A stretch of DNA of 64,000 bases from Bryobacteraceae bacterium (GTDB lineage: Bacteria > Acidobacteriota > Terriglobia > Bryobacterales > Bryobacteraceae). Positions 41,541-51,750 of the stretch are shown one piece after another; positions within the stretch are counted from its first letter, which is position 1, and every line of letters begins with the position of its first letter. The stretch lies in NCBI GenBank assembly GCA_036557165.1, contig DATBIA010000095.1, positions 85,909-149,908 on the forward strand. The letters are read 5' to 3'. The notes under the pieces are model-generated. The model was not told where the DNA came from. It was given only the letters and a program-made list of their open reading frames with translations, and did no database searches. Both the position numbers and the translations under genes were made by a program.

Positions 41541-43914
41541 TCCCGTTCTTGAATTCGAGGAGCTTCGGGCGCTGCTCGGCCGGTACGTGCGCGGGCCGCT
41601 GGGGCGGGCCGAGCTGTCCCGCGTGGCGCCTTCTTCCGATCGAACGGAGATTGAAACCGCGCTGGCGGACGCGGCGGAAGCCATCGAATATCTAAGAACC
41701 TCTTCACAACCGCAGCCTTCAGCACGAGGAGCGGCGATCCGCCCGCGGTTTGATTTCGGAGCCGATCCGGGCCCTATCGTCGCACGGTTGCGTATCGAAG
41801 GAGCGACACTCGAGGCCACGGAGATTTTCGAACTGGCGCGGCTGCTGGACGCCGCCTCCGAAATTAGATCGCTGATTCTCGCGCCTGAAGCGAAGTTTCC
41901 ACGTCTGGCGGCCCATGCTTCCGGAATCGCCGATCTTCGCGACGTGGCGTCCGAGCTTCGCGGCAAGATCCTGCCCGACGGGTCGCTCGCGGACAGCGCG
42001 AGTCCGGCCCTGAACCGCATCCGCAAGGATTCAGAACGGCAGCGCCGCCTGATCGAGGAGTCGCTCCAACGTTTTTTACGAGCCCATCAAGAGGATGGGA
42101 CGCTGCAGGAAGATTTCGTCACGATCCGCAACGACCGTTTTGTGGTGCCCGTGGTCACCGGGCGCGAGCGTCGCGTGGAAGGCGTCATTCACGGCTCTAG
42201 TGGCAGCGGCCACACGGTTTTTGTCGAACCGCTCGAAACCATCGATCTCAACAACGAGCTGGTCCGACTCCATGAGGACGAGCTGCGTGAAATCCATCGT
42301 TTGCTGCGCGAGTTCACGGCGCGCCTTCGGGAGCATGCGGCGGCGATCGCGGCGTCCACGGAGGCGCTCGCGCGGCTGGAGTTGCTCTTCGCGAAAGCGG
42401 AATTCGCAGCGGATTTCGGCTGCGCGATTCCGCGATTAAGCCCGGAAGGACAACGGCGATTGGCGTTGCGCGAGGCACGGCATCCGCTACTCGAAAGCAT
42501 TTTCCGTCCGCAACGCAAAAGGGTCGTCCCTGTGTCGCTTTCCTTAGAAGCCAGCGACCGGACGCTGCTGATCAGCGGCCCGAATACCGGCGGCAAGACG
42601 GTGACCCTCAAGTCTGTCGGACTTCTCGCGCTGATGACTCATGCCGGCATCCCTGTTCCCGCCGCCGAAGCTGAGTTTCCGCTGTTCGATCGCGTGTTGG
42701 CGGACATAGGAGACCATCAATCGCTGCAAGAAAGTCTCAGCTCGTTTTCCGCGCATGTCCTCGCGATCCGATCGATGCTGGAGCAAGCGACGCCCGATTC
42801 GCTGGTCCTGCTCGACGAATTAGGTAGCTCCACCGATCCCGAAGAAGGTGGCGCGCTGGGCGTCGTCGTGCTGGAGGCATTTCGCAACTGTGGCGCCTTC
42901 GCGCTGGCGACGACTCATCTGACTCCGATGAAGGTCTACGGCGCGACGGCTGCCGGCGTTCGCAACGCGTCCATGGGATTCGATGAAGCCACGCTAGAGC
43001 CGACGTATGTCCTGCGCCTCGGATCGCCGGGCAAATCGGCGGGACTCGACATTGCGGCCCGGCTGGGCTTCGATCCCGAGATGATCGAGGCGGCCCGCGC
43101 CCGGATGAGCCACACGGAACGCGATGTTGCGCGGTTCCTGGCCGAGTTGGACCAACGCTTGCGCTCGATTCAGGAAGAGCGAGACCGCCTCGCCGCGCGC
43201 GAGCAATCACTGAACGCACGGGAAGCTTCGCTCGAGCAAACTTGGGAGCGGAAATATGCCGCGAAAATCCGCGAGATGGAGCAGCGCGCCGCGGAACTTG
43301 CCGGGGAATTTCAGAAGCGCGCCGAAGCTGTGATTGAAGAGTTGAGCCAAAAGGCCCCTCCCCGCAAGGCGCAGGTGAAGATTGCCAAGACTCAACGCGA
43401 ATATCGGGAGGCCGTGGAATCCCTTGCGCCGGAGGCTGGGGCGAAAATCGCCCCACGCCTGAAGCTCGGCGAGGGAGTGCGCGTACGGTTGAAGGGAGTT
43501 CGCCAGCCCGCCACCGTGCGCCGTCTGCTTTCGGGAGAGTTTTTGGAAGTCGAAGCGGGATACCTGAAGTTGCGGGTGCCATCTTCGGACGTCGAAGAGG
43601 TGTTGCCGCCCTCCGAAGCGCCCAAGCGTCCTTCCGGGATTGAATTCCATCAGGGCCCCAGTTTTGAAACTTCCTATCGCGAGATCAATCTCATCGGCCA
43701 GCGCGCCGAAGAGGCGTGCGGAAATGTCGAGAAGTTTCTCGATAGCGCGATCTTGGCGCAGATGGACATAGTCCGCATCGTACACGGGCACGGGATGGGG
43801 ATCTTGAAACGCGCCGTGGCCGAGCTTTTGAAAGATAATCCGCACGTCGCGAAATTCTATGCCGCTCCACCCGAGCAGGGCGGCTCCGGTGCTACGATCG
43901 TTGAATTAATTTAG
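41530..43914 (+). CDS. mutS2: endonuclease MutS2 (MutS domain V plus C-terminal Smr domain)
   Basis: Walker A LLISGPNTGGKTVTLK, LDELGSSTDPEEG, and Smr domain INLIGQRAEEA...VRIVHGHGMGILKRAV. The start is taken as the ATG at 41530; the track ORF opens at 41509. Confidence 0.9.
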   Translation: MHVNPVLEFEELRALLGRYVRGPLGRAELSRVAPSSDRTEIETALADAAEAIEYLRTSSQPQPSARGAAIRPRFDFGADPGPIVARLRIEGATLEATEIFELARLLDAASEIRSLILAPEAKFPRLAAHASGIADLRDVASELRGKILPDGSLADSASPALNRIRKDSERQRRLIEESLQRFLRAHQEDGTLQEDFVTIRNDRFVVPVVTGRERRVEGVIHGSSGSGHTVFVEPLETIDLNNELVRLHEDELREIHRLLREFTARLREHAAAIAASTEALARLELLFAKAEFAADFGCAIPRLSPEGQRRLALREARHPLLESIFRPQRKRVVPVSLSLEASDRTLLISGPNTGGKTVTLKSVGLLALMTHAGIPVPAAEAEFPLFDRVLADIGDHQSLQESLSSFSAHVLAIRSMLEQATPDSLVLLDELGSSTDPEEGGALGVVVLEAFRNCGAFALATTHLTPMKVYGATAAGVRNASMGFDEATLEPTYVLRLGSPGKSAGLDIAARLGFDPEMIEAARARMSHTERDVARFLAELDQRLRSIQEERDRLAAREQSLNAREASLEQTWERKYAAKIREMEQRAAELAGEFQKRAEAVIEELSQKAPPRKAQVKIAKTQREYREAVESLAPEAGAKIAPRLKLGEGVRVRLKGVRQPATVRRLLSGEFLEVEAGYLKLRVPSSDVEEVLPPSEAPKRPSGIEFHQGPSFETSYREINLIGQRAEEACGNVEKFLDSAILAQMDIVRIVHGHGMGILKRAVAELLKDNPHVAKFYAAPPEQGGSGATIVELI

Positions 43915-44241
43915 AAGCTGTCGAGGGTTCAGGCACAAAGCCGCGGCTGTCTCGCCGGCCCCAAGTCGAGCGTTTTCGCCAGATACGTGGCGTGCGCGCT
44001 GAGAATCAAGCCGCGCATTTCGCCGTGCATCCAGACTCCGGTTTTTTGAGCCTTCCGCGCCTGGCTCAATTTCGGTAGCGGATAACGGAGCGGGCTCTCT
44101 TCATGCCCAGCAGGAGCGTTCGCAACTTGCGCATCGACCCATCAAAACGGGGCCAGCTAGTTCAAGCGTTCGCTGGAATCCTGAGCTCGAGGCCGCCCGC
44201 CCCACGCGGCAAAAGCGGCCGGGACAAAGCGTAGGTCGGAA

Positions 44242-45249
44242 CTAGTCCGCCCGGGCGCGGGCGACTTCGACTTTTGAATGTTGCGGCTCCGCCACCCATA
44301 GCAAGAACGCTCCCCCAGCCACTAGCACGAGATCTGTCAATTCTGGAGTGCGCGCCGGCAGATAGCGTTGCGCCCACTCGCCCGCGGCGAGCACTGCCAT
44401 GGGAATGCCTATGGCAGAGAGCCAGCCAACGCCCCTGAGGCGCATCGCCCAAACCACCAGCGTATAGAAGAACAGCTTTTGAAACAGGAGCGGATAATAA
44501 ACCTCCGCGCGGCTGTAGAACAGACTTTCGAATGGGAGCCATGAAAAATCCTGTCGCGCTCCCCAACGGAAGGGCCTCAGTTCCTGAATGGCTAGCCAGA
44601 CCAGGAGCGCCGGCGCCAGCAGGCGCCCCGCCGTCCGCCTATGGGGCCGCAAGGCGATGACCAGGGCGAAGACTCCTATACATTCGTTCACCAGGGAACT
44701 CCAGGCCAATGGAGATGCTTCCTTCGGCAATGCTCGACGACTCGCGGCCGGAAGAAGCAAAAAGGCGTTCCACACGATCCACAGGGTCGCAAGGACCGCG
44801 CCATCGGGCGCAATGCGTTTGGTAAATGCGGGCGCCGATAGATGCCGGCGCTTCCATATAAACGATGTCGCGGCGCCCAAAACCGTCCCGAGCGTGTTGG
44901 CTGTGAGATCGTCAAAATCGCCAACGCGGAGTGTGTAACGCTGCGCCAGCTCAATGCCCAGTGAAAGGCCAAAACCCGCCGCTACGGCGATGAACAAGCC
45001 GACGGCGCCGGCGTCGAAAGCCAGGAAGGCAGCCGCGCCCAGCGGAATATAGAACAGGATGTTCAAAAGGAAATCGAGAACGAAGCCGCGCGAACGGAGG
45101 GGTATCCAGAAGAGAGGCGGCGCATGAGGATTCCAGTGGAATTCCCAAGGGTAAAGCGAAGCGTAGGCCACGACAGCGGCATAGAGCGTGAGGAATAGAG
45201 CGGCCCGCCGGGTGTGGAGCATTCCCTCCCACGATACCGTGAGCAACAT
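44242..45249 (-). CDS. VanZ-like membrane protein with an extended C-terminal TM domain
   Basis: N-terminal VanZ pattern (LNILFYIPLGA...ELAQRYTLRVGDFDDLTANTLGTVLG), followed by more TM helices. Confidence 0.6.
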   Translation of the reverse strand: MLLTVSWEGMLHTRRAALFLTLYAAVVAYASLYPWEFHWNPHAPPLFWIPLRSRGFVLDFLLNILFYIPLGAAAFLAFDAGAVGLFIAVAAGFGLSLGIELAQRYTLRVGDFDDLTANTLGTVLGAATSFIWKRRHLSAPAFTKRIAPDGAVLATLWIVWNAFLLLPAASRRALPKEASPLAWSSLVNECIGVFALVIALRPHRRTAGRLLAPALLVWLAIQELRPFRWGARQDFSWLPFESLFYSRAEVYYPLLFQKLFFYTLVVWAMRLRGVGWLSAIGIPMAVLAAGEWAQRYLPARTPELTDLVLVAGGAFLLWVAEPQHSKVEVARARAD

Positions 45250-45270
45250 AGCGGCTCGACGGGTTCCGAT

Positions 45271-46017
45271 CTATACGCGGTTGATCAGGCTGGCGACATA
45301 GCCCGCCCCGAATCCGTTGTCGATGTTGACCACCGTCACGTTGCTCGCGCAACTGTTGAGCATTCCGAGCAGCGCCGCCAAACCGTGAAAGCTCGCGCCA
45401 TAACCGACGCTGGTGGGGACGGCGATCACCGGAGCGGCGACCATTCCGCCGACGGCGCTGGGTAGGGCGCCTTCCATGCCGGCGCAGACGATCACCACGC
45501 GAGCTTCGTTCAGACGATCGCGATGGTGCATTAGCCGATGGATGCCCGCGACGCCAATATCGTGGATCGCAAATACCTCGTTTCCCATGACCTCGGACGT
45601 TATTTGCGCCTCTTCGGCGACGGGCAAATCGCTCGTGCCGGCGCAGACCACCGCGATCTTGCCCTTGCCCGTGATGGCCCGGTCGCGCCAGATGCGCACG
45701 GCTCGGGAAGCGCGGAAGTATTCGGCTTCCCCATGTTCAATCCGCAGCCGCTCGGCCGCTTCCTCCGGAGCGCGCGTCACCAAAACATTGCGGGCGCGGG
45801 CTAATAGGGCGGACACGATAGCCGATATCTGATCCGGCGTTTTTCCAGTGCCGAAAACCACTTCGGGAATTCCGTGGCGCAGCGCGCGGTGATGATCGAC
45901 GTTGGCGAATCCCAGATCCTCGAACGGCAGGTGGCGCATGCGCTCCATCGCCGCATCGACGTCCACGGCGCCCCCGCGGACTTGTTCTAGAAGTCCGCGC
46001 AAGTGGTCGCGATCCAT
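45271..46017 (-). CDS. larB: nickel-pincer cofactor biosynthesis protein LarB (PurE-like carboxylase/hydrolase)
   Basis: [49 protein letters not shown], and [17 protein letters not shown]-type motif ([17 protein letters not shown]). Confidence 0.8.
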   Translation of the reverse strand: MDRDHLRGLLEQVRGGAVDVDAAMERMRHLPFEDLGFANVDHHRALRHGIPEVVFGTGKTPDQISAIVSALLARARNVLVTRAPEEAAERLRIEHGEAEYFRASRAVRIWRDRAITGKGKIAVVCAGTSDLPVAEEAQITSEVMGNEVFAIHDIGVAGIHRLMHHRDRLNEARVVIVCAGMEGALPSAVGGMVAAPVIAVPTSVGYGASFHGLAALLGMLNSCASNVTVVNIDNGFGAGYVASLINRV

Positions 46018-46041
46018 AACCGAAGGGTAGCAGGGGGCCTA

Positions 46042-46887
46042 TTAGTGCGTCATCGCGTAGACGATGTAATTCACGCCGATGCGGATGCCCAGCGCGGAGT
46101 ATTTTTCCGCGTAGCTGGGATCGTCGGCCCACTCCCAGGAATCGCCCAGATCGGAATCGAACGTCATGGCGGCCATCACTCGCTTGTTGTCGTCGTAGAT
46201 GCCCCGCCAGGCGGGCGGGCAGCCGTCGCACTTTTCGGTGATGCCCGTTCCCCGGTAGCGCGCTCCGGGAACCTGATAGCGGTCGTTCAGATCGTAGACG
46301 GTATGGAAAATCGCGTCGCGATCGTCGATATCCACCGCTTGGCGCTCGGGGAAAACGCGCTGCATGCTTTCCTCGAAAACTTCCCATCCCTGCGCGCCCC
46401 AGAAGTCGTCGCACATGAAGAAACCGCCGCGCTGGAGGTAATCGCGGAGCTTAGCGGCTTGGGTATCCGTGAGGCGCCAGGTGCCGGGCTGAACCGCGTA
46501 CAACCATGGCCAGTTGTAAACGTCGTCGCCGTCGTCGAGATCCACGGGTTGCTCGACCGACCGCGCGTCGACCCGCGTCAACCGCCGCAGAGCCAGCATG
46601 AAATGGCGATCGGCGCGCGGGTAATCCTGCGTCCACATGGAGTAGCCGTGCTTCCAGTCCGCGCCTCCGCGATAACCGAAACCGCCCCGCACGCCCGGAT
46701 ACTGCGGATACATCAGGCGCGCGAAAACGTACTCGGTCTTCTGTTGATAATCGGCGGGGAGCGGAAAATCATTGTATTCGATGCCGGGATATTCGCGGAA
46801 GGGGCGCTGGAACGCAAACAAACTGCCGACCAGGAGGGCGGTGCCGCCCGCGCACCAACAAGCCCGCTTGAGGAGCCGCCGCGCCAT
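46042..46887 (-). CDS. DUF4159 domain protein
   Basis: N-terminal anchor, then FREYPGIEYNDFPLP, WTQDYPRADRHF, YNWPWLYAVQPGTWRLTDTQAAKLRDYLQRGGFFMCDDFWG. Confidence 0.7.
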   Translation of the reverse strand: MARRLLKRACWCAGGTALLVGSLFAFQRPFREYPGIEYNDFPLPADYQQKTEYVFARLMYPQYPGVRGGFGYRGGADWKHGYSMWTQDYPRADRHFMLALRRLTRVDARSVEQPVDLDDGDDVYNWPWLYAVQPGTWRLTDTQAAKLRDYLQRGGFFMCDDFWGAQGWEVFEESMQRVFPERQAVDIDDRDAIFHTVYDLNDRYQVPGARYRGTGITEKCDGCPPAWRGIYDDNKRVMAAMTFDSDLGDSWEWADDPSYAEKYSALGIRIGVNYIVYAMTH

Positions 46888-46937
46888 GACCCGAGCATAT
46901 CACTGTAGGGGCCGGCAGGCGATGATAAACTTCCCAG

Positions 46938-49685
46938 ATGCGCCGCGCTTTTCGACCCCTGGGCGTTCTATGTCTAGTCGCTCCCGGGCTTCTCGCGCAG
47001 CGCATCCCCGGTCGGATCGAAGACGGCCTAAGAATAGCTTTGCCGGGAGCAGTTCGGGAAAGAACGCTGCCCCAAGACGACGCAGGCGCCGTTGAGCCGG
47101 ATTTTCCATTGCCGTCGCTGGTCTTGTATTTGAAGCAATCTTCCGCGCAACGGCAATCGCTGGCCCGATTCCTAGGCGATTTGCAGAATCCGGCATCGGC
47201 GAATTACCGCAAATTCCTGACGCCCGAGCAGTACGCGGACCGCTTCGGCCTGGACTCCTCTGATATCGCTAAGATCCGCGCGTGGCTGGAATCGCAGGGA
47301 TTCCAAATCTCCCAGGTTAGCCGCGGCCGCACCTGGATCGCTTTCCAAGGGACTTCGGAGGGAGCACGGCGCGCTTTCGGCGCGGAGATTCACCGCTACC
47401 TGGATGGAGGCCAGATCCGCTACGCGAACACGCGCAATATTTCGATTCCAGCGGCTCTGGATGGCGTTGTCGCGGGTGTGCGAGGACTCGACGATTTCGT
47501 GGCGGAGCCCGAAATTCGTTTCACGCCGGCTCCGGAATTCAACAGCTCCGATGGATCTCACAGGCTCGCGCCCGACGACCTCGCGACGATTTATGACATC
47601 GCTCCGCTTTACGCGGAGGGCATCGACGGCTCCGGCCAGACAATTGCGATAGTCGGCGCCAGCCGGTTGAATCTTTCCGATGTCGCAGCTTTTCGCACGC
47701 GGTTCAATCTCCCGGCGAATGTCCCCCAAACCATGCTAGTGCCGGCTTTTCCGGATCCGGGCTCAGATTCGGCCGCCGTAGAAGCGGCGCTCGATGTGGA
47801 ATGGAGTGGCGCGGTGGCCCGCGGTGCGAACATCCTCTACGTCTATTCGATAGATCCGTATATCGCGCTGCAATACGTGGTGGATCAGAATCTGGCGCCG
47901 GTGGTAAGCGCGAGCTATAGTTTTTCCGGACGGTGCGAGCAGGCCCAAGATCCCGGAACGCTGGCGTTCTTTCAGCAACTGGCGCAGCAGGCGAGTGCGC
48001 AGGGGATCACGTGGGTCAACTCGTCCGGCGATGCGGGCGCGGCCGGATGCGACCCCAACGGCTACCCTCTTTCGCAGAATGGCGCTGCCGCGCGATTTCC
48101 CGCGAGCATTCCAGAAGTGACGGCCGCCGGGGGCACTCAGTTCGACGAGTCCGGCGGCGCGTATTGGAACGCTCAGAACGATGGGAATGGAGCGTCCGCG
48201 GTCTCCTACATTCCGGAGCGGGCGTGGAACGAGTCCGCGGCCGACAAGGCGCTCTGGGCGGGCGGCGGCGGAGTGAGCGTCTTTTTTCCGAAGCCCGCGT
48301 GGCAGGCCGGTCCAGGCGTGCCGAACGACGGCTACCGCGATCTACCGGACGTGGCGCTTTCGGCGGCGGCGCACGACGGCTATTTCATCTACTTCTCCGG
48401 TTCCACGGGGACCGCCGCCGGCACCTCCGCGGCGGCTCCGGTTTTTGCGGGCATGCTCGCGCTAGTGAATCAATCTCTGGTGGCAGGCGGCGCGCCATCC
48501 CGGCCCGGTCTGGGTAACGTCAACCCGCTGCTCTATCGCTTGGCGTCGAACGTTCCGCAGGCATTCCACGACGTAGGCGCGGGAGATAACATCGTGCCCT
48601 GCGCGGCGCCGAACTGCCCGCTAGGCTTTACCGGCTACAGCACGAGCGCGGGATACGATCTAGCCACTGGGTTAGGTTCCCCGGATCTCTACGTTTTTCT
48701 ACACCAGTGGAATACGCAATCCCCAAAGAGATCGCAGATCTCGGTATCGTTCAGCGAAAATCCGGTGTATCAACAGGTCAATCCGGGCCGGGGTGTCCCT
48801 CCGTGGAGCATCACGATCACTCTGGCCGAGGAGGAGGGCGTCGCCACATCGCTCACCGATTTCACGATAGATGGCAAGAGCTTTCTCTCACTTTTTCCGA
48901 ACACCGCGATCCCAGCGTATGGCAAGATCTCAACCACTCTCGGATACGCTACTTTGAACACGCCCATAAGCATTACGTTCGGGTTTACAGGCGCAGACGC
49001 GAATGGAGCGCAATGGAGCCGCCAGATCTCTGTGCCATTTCTTGGCCTACCGGCCGCTCCCACCGTGAGCGATCTCACCAACACGTTTTCCTACGACCAT
49101 AGCTATGCGCCGGGAATGCTGCTCACTGTGTGGGGAACGAATTTGGGAGCGGCGCCGCAGGCGACGGCGGCCGTGCCGCTGGAGAGTTACATGGGCGGGT
49201 TTTACGCGGCCATAAACGGCATTCGCGCGCCTCTGTTCTATGTTTCCCCCACTCAGGTGAATCTTCAAATTCCTTATGAGGTGACGCCGGGACCGGCCAC
49301 GCTGATCGTATACACTTCCGCCGGCGCATCGTCGTTGTCGTTTCAAGTGTCACCATCCGCTCCCGGAATCCTTCTGCCGAACGCCAGCGGGAGCCCCGGC
49401 CAGATCTATACGTTGTACATGACCGGTGACGGCCTTGTGACGCCTGCGGTTCCGGATGGATCCACGCCTTCAGGGTCCGCCGCGCCGCGGCCACGGCTTC
49501 CGGTGACTGTGACGATAGGAAACGCGACCGCCCCTATTCAATTCATCGGCATTCCGAGCTGGTCCATCGGCGCGACACAAATCAACTTTCAGGTTCCGCC
49601 GGACGCTCCTACCGGCCCGCGGGACCTTGTGGTTACGGTCGGCGCGAGCACAAGCGCGGCTGTGAGGTTCACGGTGACGCCATGA
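46938..49685 (+). CDS. S53 (sedolisin/kumamolisin-like) peptidase with a C-terminal TIGR03437-type domain
   Basis: Signal peptide and pro-kumamolisin-like prodomain (FLTPEQYADRFG), and the catalytic Ser motif AAGTSAAAPVFAGMLAL. The C-terminal ~200 aa (YAPGMLLTVWGTNL...APLFYVSPTQVNLQIPYEV...APGILL...IQFIGIPSWSIGATQINFQVP) match the Solibacter C-terminal domain pattern. Confidence 0.8.
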   Translation: MRRAFRPLGVLCLVAPGLLAQRIPGRIEDGLRIALPGAVRERTLPQDDAGAVEPDFPLPSLVLYLKQSSAQRQSLARFLGDLQNPASANYRKFLTPEQYADRFGLDSSDIAKIRAWLESQGFQISQVSRGRTWIAFQGTSEGARRAFGAEIHRYLDGGQIRYANTRNISIPAALDGVVAGVRGLDDFVAEPEIRFTPAPEFNSSDGSHRLAPDDLATIYDIAPLYAEGIDGSGQTIAIVGASRLNLSDVAAFRTRFNLPANVPQTMLVPAFPDPGSDSAAVEAALDVEWSGAVARGANILYVYSIDPYIALQYVVDQNLAPVVSASYSFSGRCEQAQDPGTLAFFQQLAQQASAQGITWVNSSGDAGAAGCDPNGYPLSQNGAAARFPASIPEVTAAGGTQFDESGGAYWNAQNDGNGASAVSYIPERAWNESAADKALWAGGGGVSVFFPKPAWQAGPGVPNDGYRDLPDVALSAAAHDGYFIYFSGSTGTAAGTSAAAPVFAGMLALVNQSLVAGGAPSRPGLGNVNPLLYRLASNVPQAFHDVGAGDNIVPCAAPNCPLGFTGYSTSAGYDLATGLGSPDLYVFLHQWNTQSPKRSQISVSFSENPVYQQVNPGRGVPPWSITITLAEEEGVATSLTDFTIDGKSFLSLFPNTAIPAYGKISTTLGYATLNTPISITFGFTGADANGAQWSRQISVPFLGLPAAPTVSDLTNTFSYDHSYAPGMLLTVWGTNLGAAPQATAAVPLESYMGGFYAAINGIRAPLFYVSPTQVNLQIPYEVTPGPATLIVYTSAGASSLSFQVSPSAPGILLPNASGSPGQIYTLYMTGDGLVTPAVPDGSTPSGSAAPRPRLPVTVTIGNATAPIQFIGIPSWSIGATQINFQVPPDAPTGPRDLVVTVGASTSAAVRFTVTP

Positions 49686-49707
49686 GCGGGTGTGAGAACA
49701 TCGGCAT

Positions 49708-50739
49708 ATGATCCTTGACATACACGCCCACGTATGCGCCGCCCCCGAGTTGTATCAGTGGCGAGCCGTCCAGATGGCCGCTCGCGGCGCGCACGGTTAC
49801 GCTCCCAAACGATTTAGCGACGACTTTGTCCGCGATCACGCCGACACCAAGCGGAATCTTCGAATCATGGATTCGGTGGGAACGGACGTGCAATTTCTCT
49901 CACCGCGCCCGTTTCAACTGATGCACGCCGAAAAACCCTGGAAAATGGTCGAAGCCTGGGCTGTGGCGAATCACGAGTACATCGCCCAGCAGGTAAAGGC
50001 CTTCCCGAATCGGTTCCAAGGCGTCTGCAGCATGCCGCAGGCCGCCGGCGAGCCCGTGACCTTCGGTCTCCCTGAGTTGGAGCGTTGCGTGAAGCAACTC
50101 GGGTTTATCGGGACGCTGATCGACACCGATCCAGGCGAAGGCGATGGCAGCACTCCCACGCTGGGGGACGAATACTGGTATCCGTTATGGGAAAAAATGG
50201 TTGAGCTTGACGTTCCTGGTCTCATTCACTCTTCCGGCTGCAAGCACGGGCGTGAGACCTACAGCCAGCACTTCATCAGCGAGGAAAGCCTGGCCGTGCT
50301 GTCATTGATCAAATCGCGCGTTCTGGACGATTTCCCGAAACTGAAGATTATCGTCGCGCACGGCGGGGGCTCGATTCCCTATCAGATCGGGCGCTGGCAG
50401 GCGGACTACGCGCTCAAAGGCGGCGGCCCGGTTGAAGAATTCGACCGCCGTTTGAAAATGTTGTACTTCGATACATGCCTGCACGCGAAACGCTCCCTCG
50501 AAATGTTGATTCAAGTCGCGGGTAGCGCCAATGTGCTGTTCGGCACGGAGAACCCGGGCTCGGGATCAGCCGCGAATCCGGCAACGGGCAAAAGCTTCGA
50601 CGATATCAAGCCGCTGATCGACTCGATTGAGTGGCTCACCGAACAAGACAGACGAAATATCTTCGAGCACAACGCGCGGCGGCTGTTTGCGCGGGTGTCC
50701 GTTCCAAGGGCCGCGGCGCCCGCAGGCGCGAGAGCATAG
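49708..50739 (+). CDS. amidohydrolase_2-family metal-dependent hydrolase, hydratase or decarboxylase (LigJ/ACMSD-like)
   Basis: MILDIHAHV start (HxH metal ligands), IIVAHGGG, FGTENPG. Confidence 0.7.
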   Translation: MILDIHAHVCAAPELYQWRAVQMAARGAHGYAPKRFSDDFVRDHADTKRNLRIMDSVGTDVQFLSPRPFQLMHAEKPWKMVEAWAVANHEYIAQQVKAFPNRFQGVCSMPQAAGEPVTFGLPELERCVKQLGFIGTLIDTDPGEGDGSTPTLGDEYWYPLWEKMVELDVPGLIHSSGCKHGRETYSQHFISEESLAVLSLIKSRVLDDFPKLKIIVAHGGGSIPYQIGRWQADYALKGGGPVEEFDRRLKMLYFDTCLHAKRSLEMLIQVAGSANVLFGTENPGSGSAANPATGKSFDDIKPLIDSIEWLTEQDRRNIFEHNARRLFARVSVPRAAAPAGARA

Positions 50740-51750
50740 ATGGCGCGCATCGCGTTCGGACTGGGGACATCGCACGGTCCCATGCTGTCGATTCCTCCCG
50801 AGTATTGGAAGGATCGCGTTTCGGCCGATCGAGAGAATCCCAAACACTTTTTCAAAGGTAAGGTCTACAACTTCGACCAAATGATCGAATTGCAGAAAAA
50901 CGGGAACCTAGGGGAGCAGATCGCGTCCGAGGTATGCCGGGAACGCCATTGGCGCTGCCAGAAGGCGATTGGTTCGCTCGCGGATTTTTTCGAAGAACAC
51001 CGTCCTGACGCGGCGGTGGTGGTCGGCAACGATCAGATGGAGATCTTCACGGACGAGCACGTTCCCGCGTTTGCTGTGTTCTGGGGGAAGTACGTGGAGG
51101 GGCATCCGCGCTCGGCGGAGTTTCTGGCGAAGCTGAATCCGGGAGTAGCTCGCGCGGAAGCGGACCGCACGCCGCCCGTATACACCGAATATCCTTGCCT
51201 TCCCGCTCTAGGAAAACACATCATCGAAAGCGCGGTCGCCGAAGGATTCGATATTTCGCAGATCACCAAATATCCGTCGGGCGTCATTGGGTCCAATGCG
51301 GCGCCGCACGCGTACGGTTTCGTCTACCGGCGCGTGATGCGCGACAGAGTTGTGCCCCACGTACCGGTGTTCGTGAACACGTTTTATCCTCCCAACCAGC
51401 CGCCGGCGCGGCGCTGTTACGATTTCGGACGCGCTCTTGCTCGCTCGATCGTGTCGTGGCCGGAGGATCTGAACGTTGCGATGATCGCCTCGGGCGGCCT
51501 GACGCATTTCGTCGTCGATGAGGAGTTCGATCGCGAAGTTCTGGGCGCCTTGCAACGGAACGATGAAACCGCGCTTTCGCGATTTTCCGAAAACTTGTTT
51601 CAGTCCGGGACCTCCGAGATCAAGAACTGGATCGCCGTCGCGGGCGCGATGGCGGAAACCGGACTTACGATGAAACTGCTGGATTACGTCCCCTGCTACC
51701 GCTCGGAAGCGGGGACGGGAAGTGCGATGGGGTTTGCACTATGGGATTGA
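50740..51750 (+). CDS. class III extradiol ring-cleavage dioxygenase (LigB family)
   Basis: MARIAFGLGTSHGPML start typical of LigB-type subunits. Motifs NDQMEIF and ASGGLTHF. Confidence 0.7.
   Translation: MARIAFGLGTSHGPMLSIPPEYWKDRVSADRENPKHFFKGKVYNFDQMIELQKNGNLGEQIASEVCRERHWRCQKAIGSLADFFEEHRPDAAVVVGNDQMEIFTDEHVPAFAVFWGKYVEGHPRSAEFLAKLNPGVARAEADRTPPVYTEYPCLPALGKHIIESAVAEGFDISQITKYPSGVIGSNAAPHAYGFVYRRVMRDRVVPHVPVFVNTFYPPNQPPARRCYDFGRALARSIVSWPEDLNVAMIASGGLTHFVVDEEFDREVLGALQRNDETALSRFSENLFQSGTSEIKNWIAVAGAMAETGLTMKLLDYVPCYRSEAGTGSAMGFALWD

Noticed and set aside
43929-44141. Minus-strand reading frame in the 327-nt gap after mutS2 (...LSQARKAQKTGVWMHGEMRGLILSAHATYLAKTLDLGPARQPRLCA).
   Set aside because: There is no ATG or GTG start that gives more than about 35 aa (only a TTG giving 46 aa), no recognisable family and no Shine-Dalgarno sequence. 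It may be a gene remnant, but the evidence is too weak to annotate.
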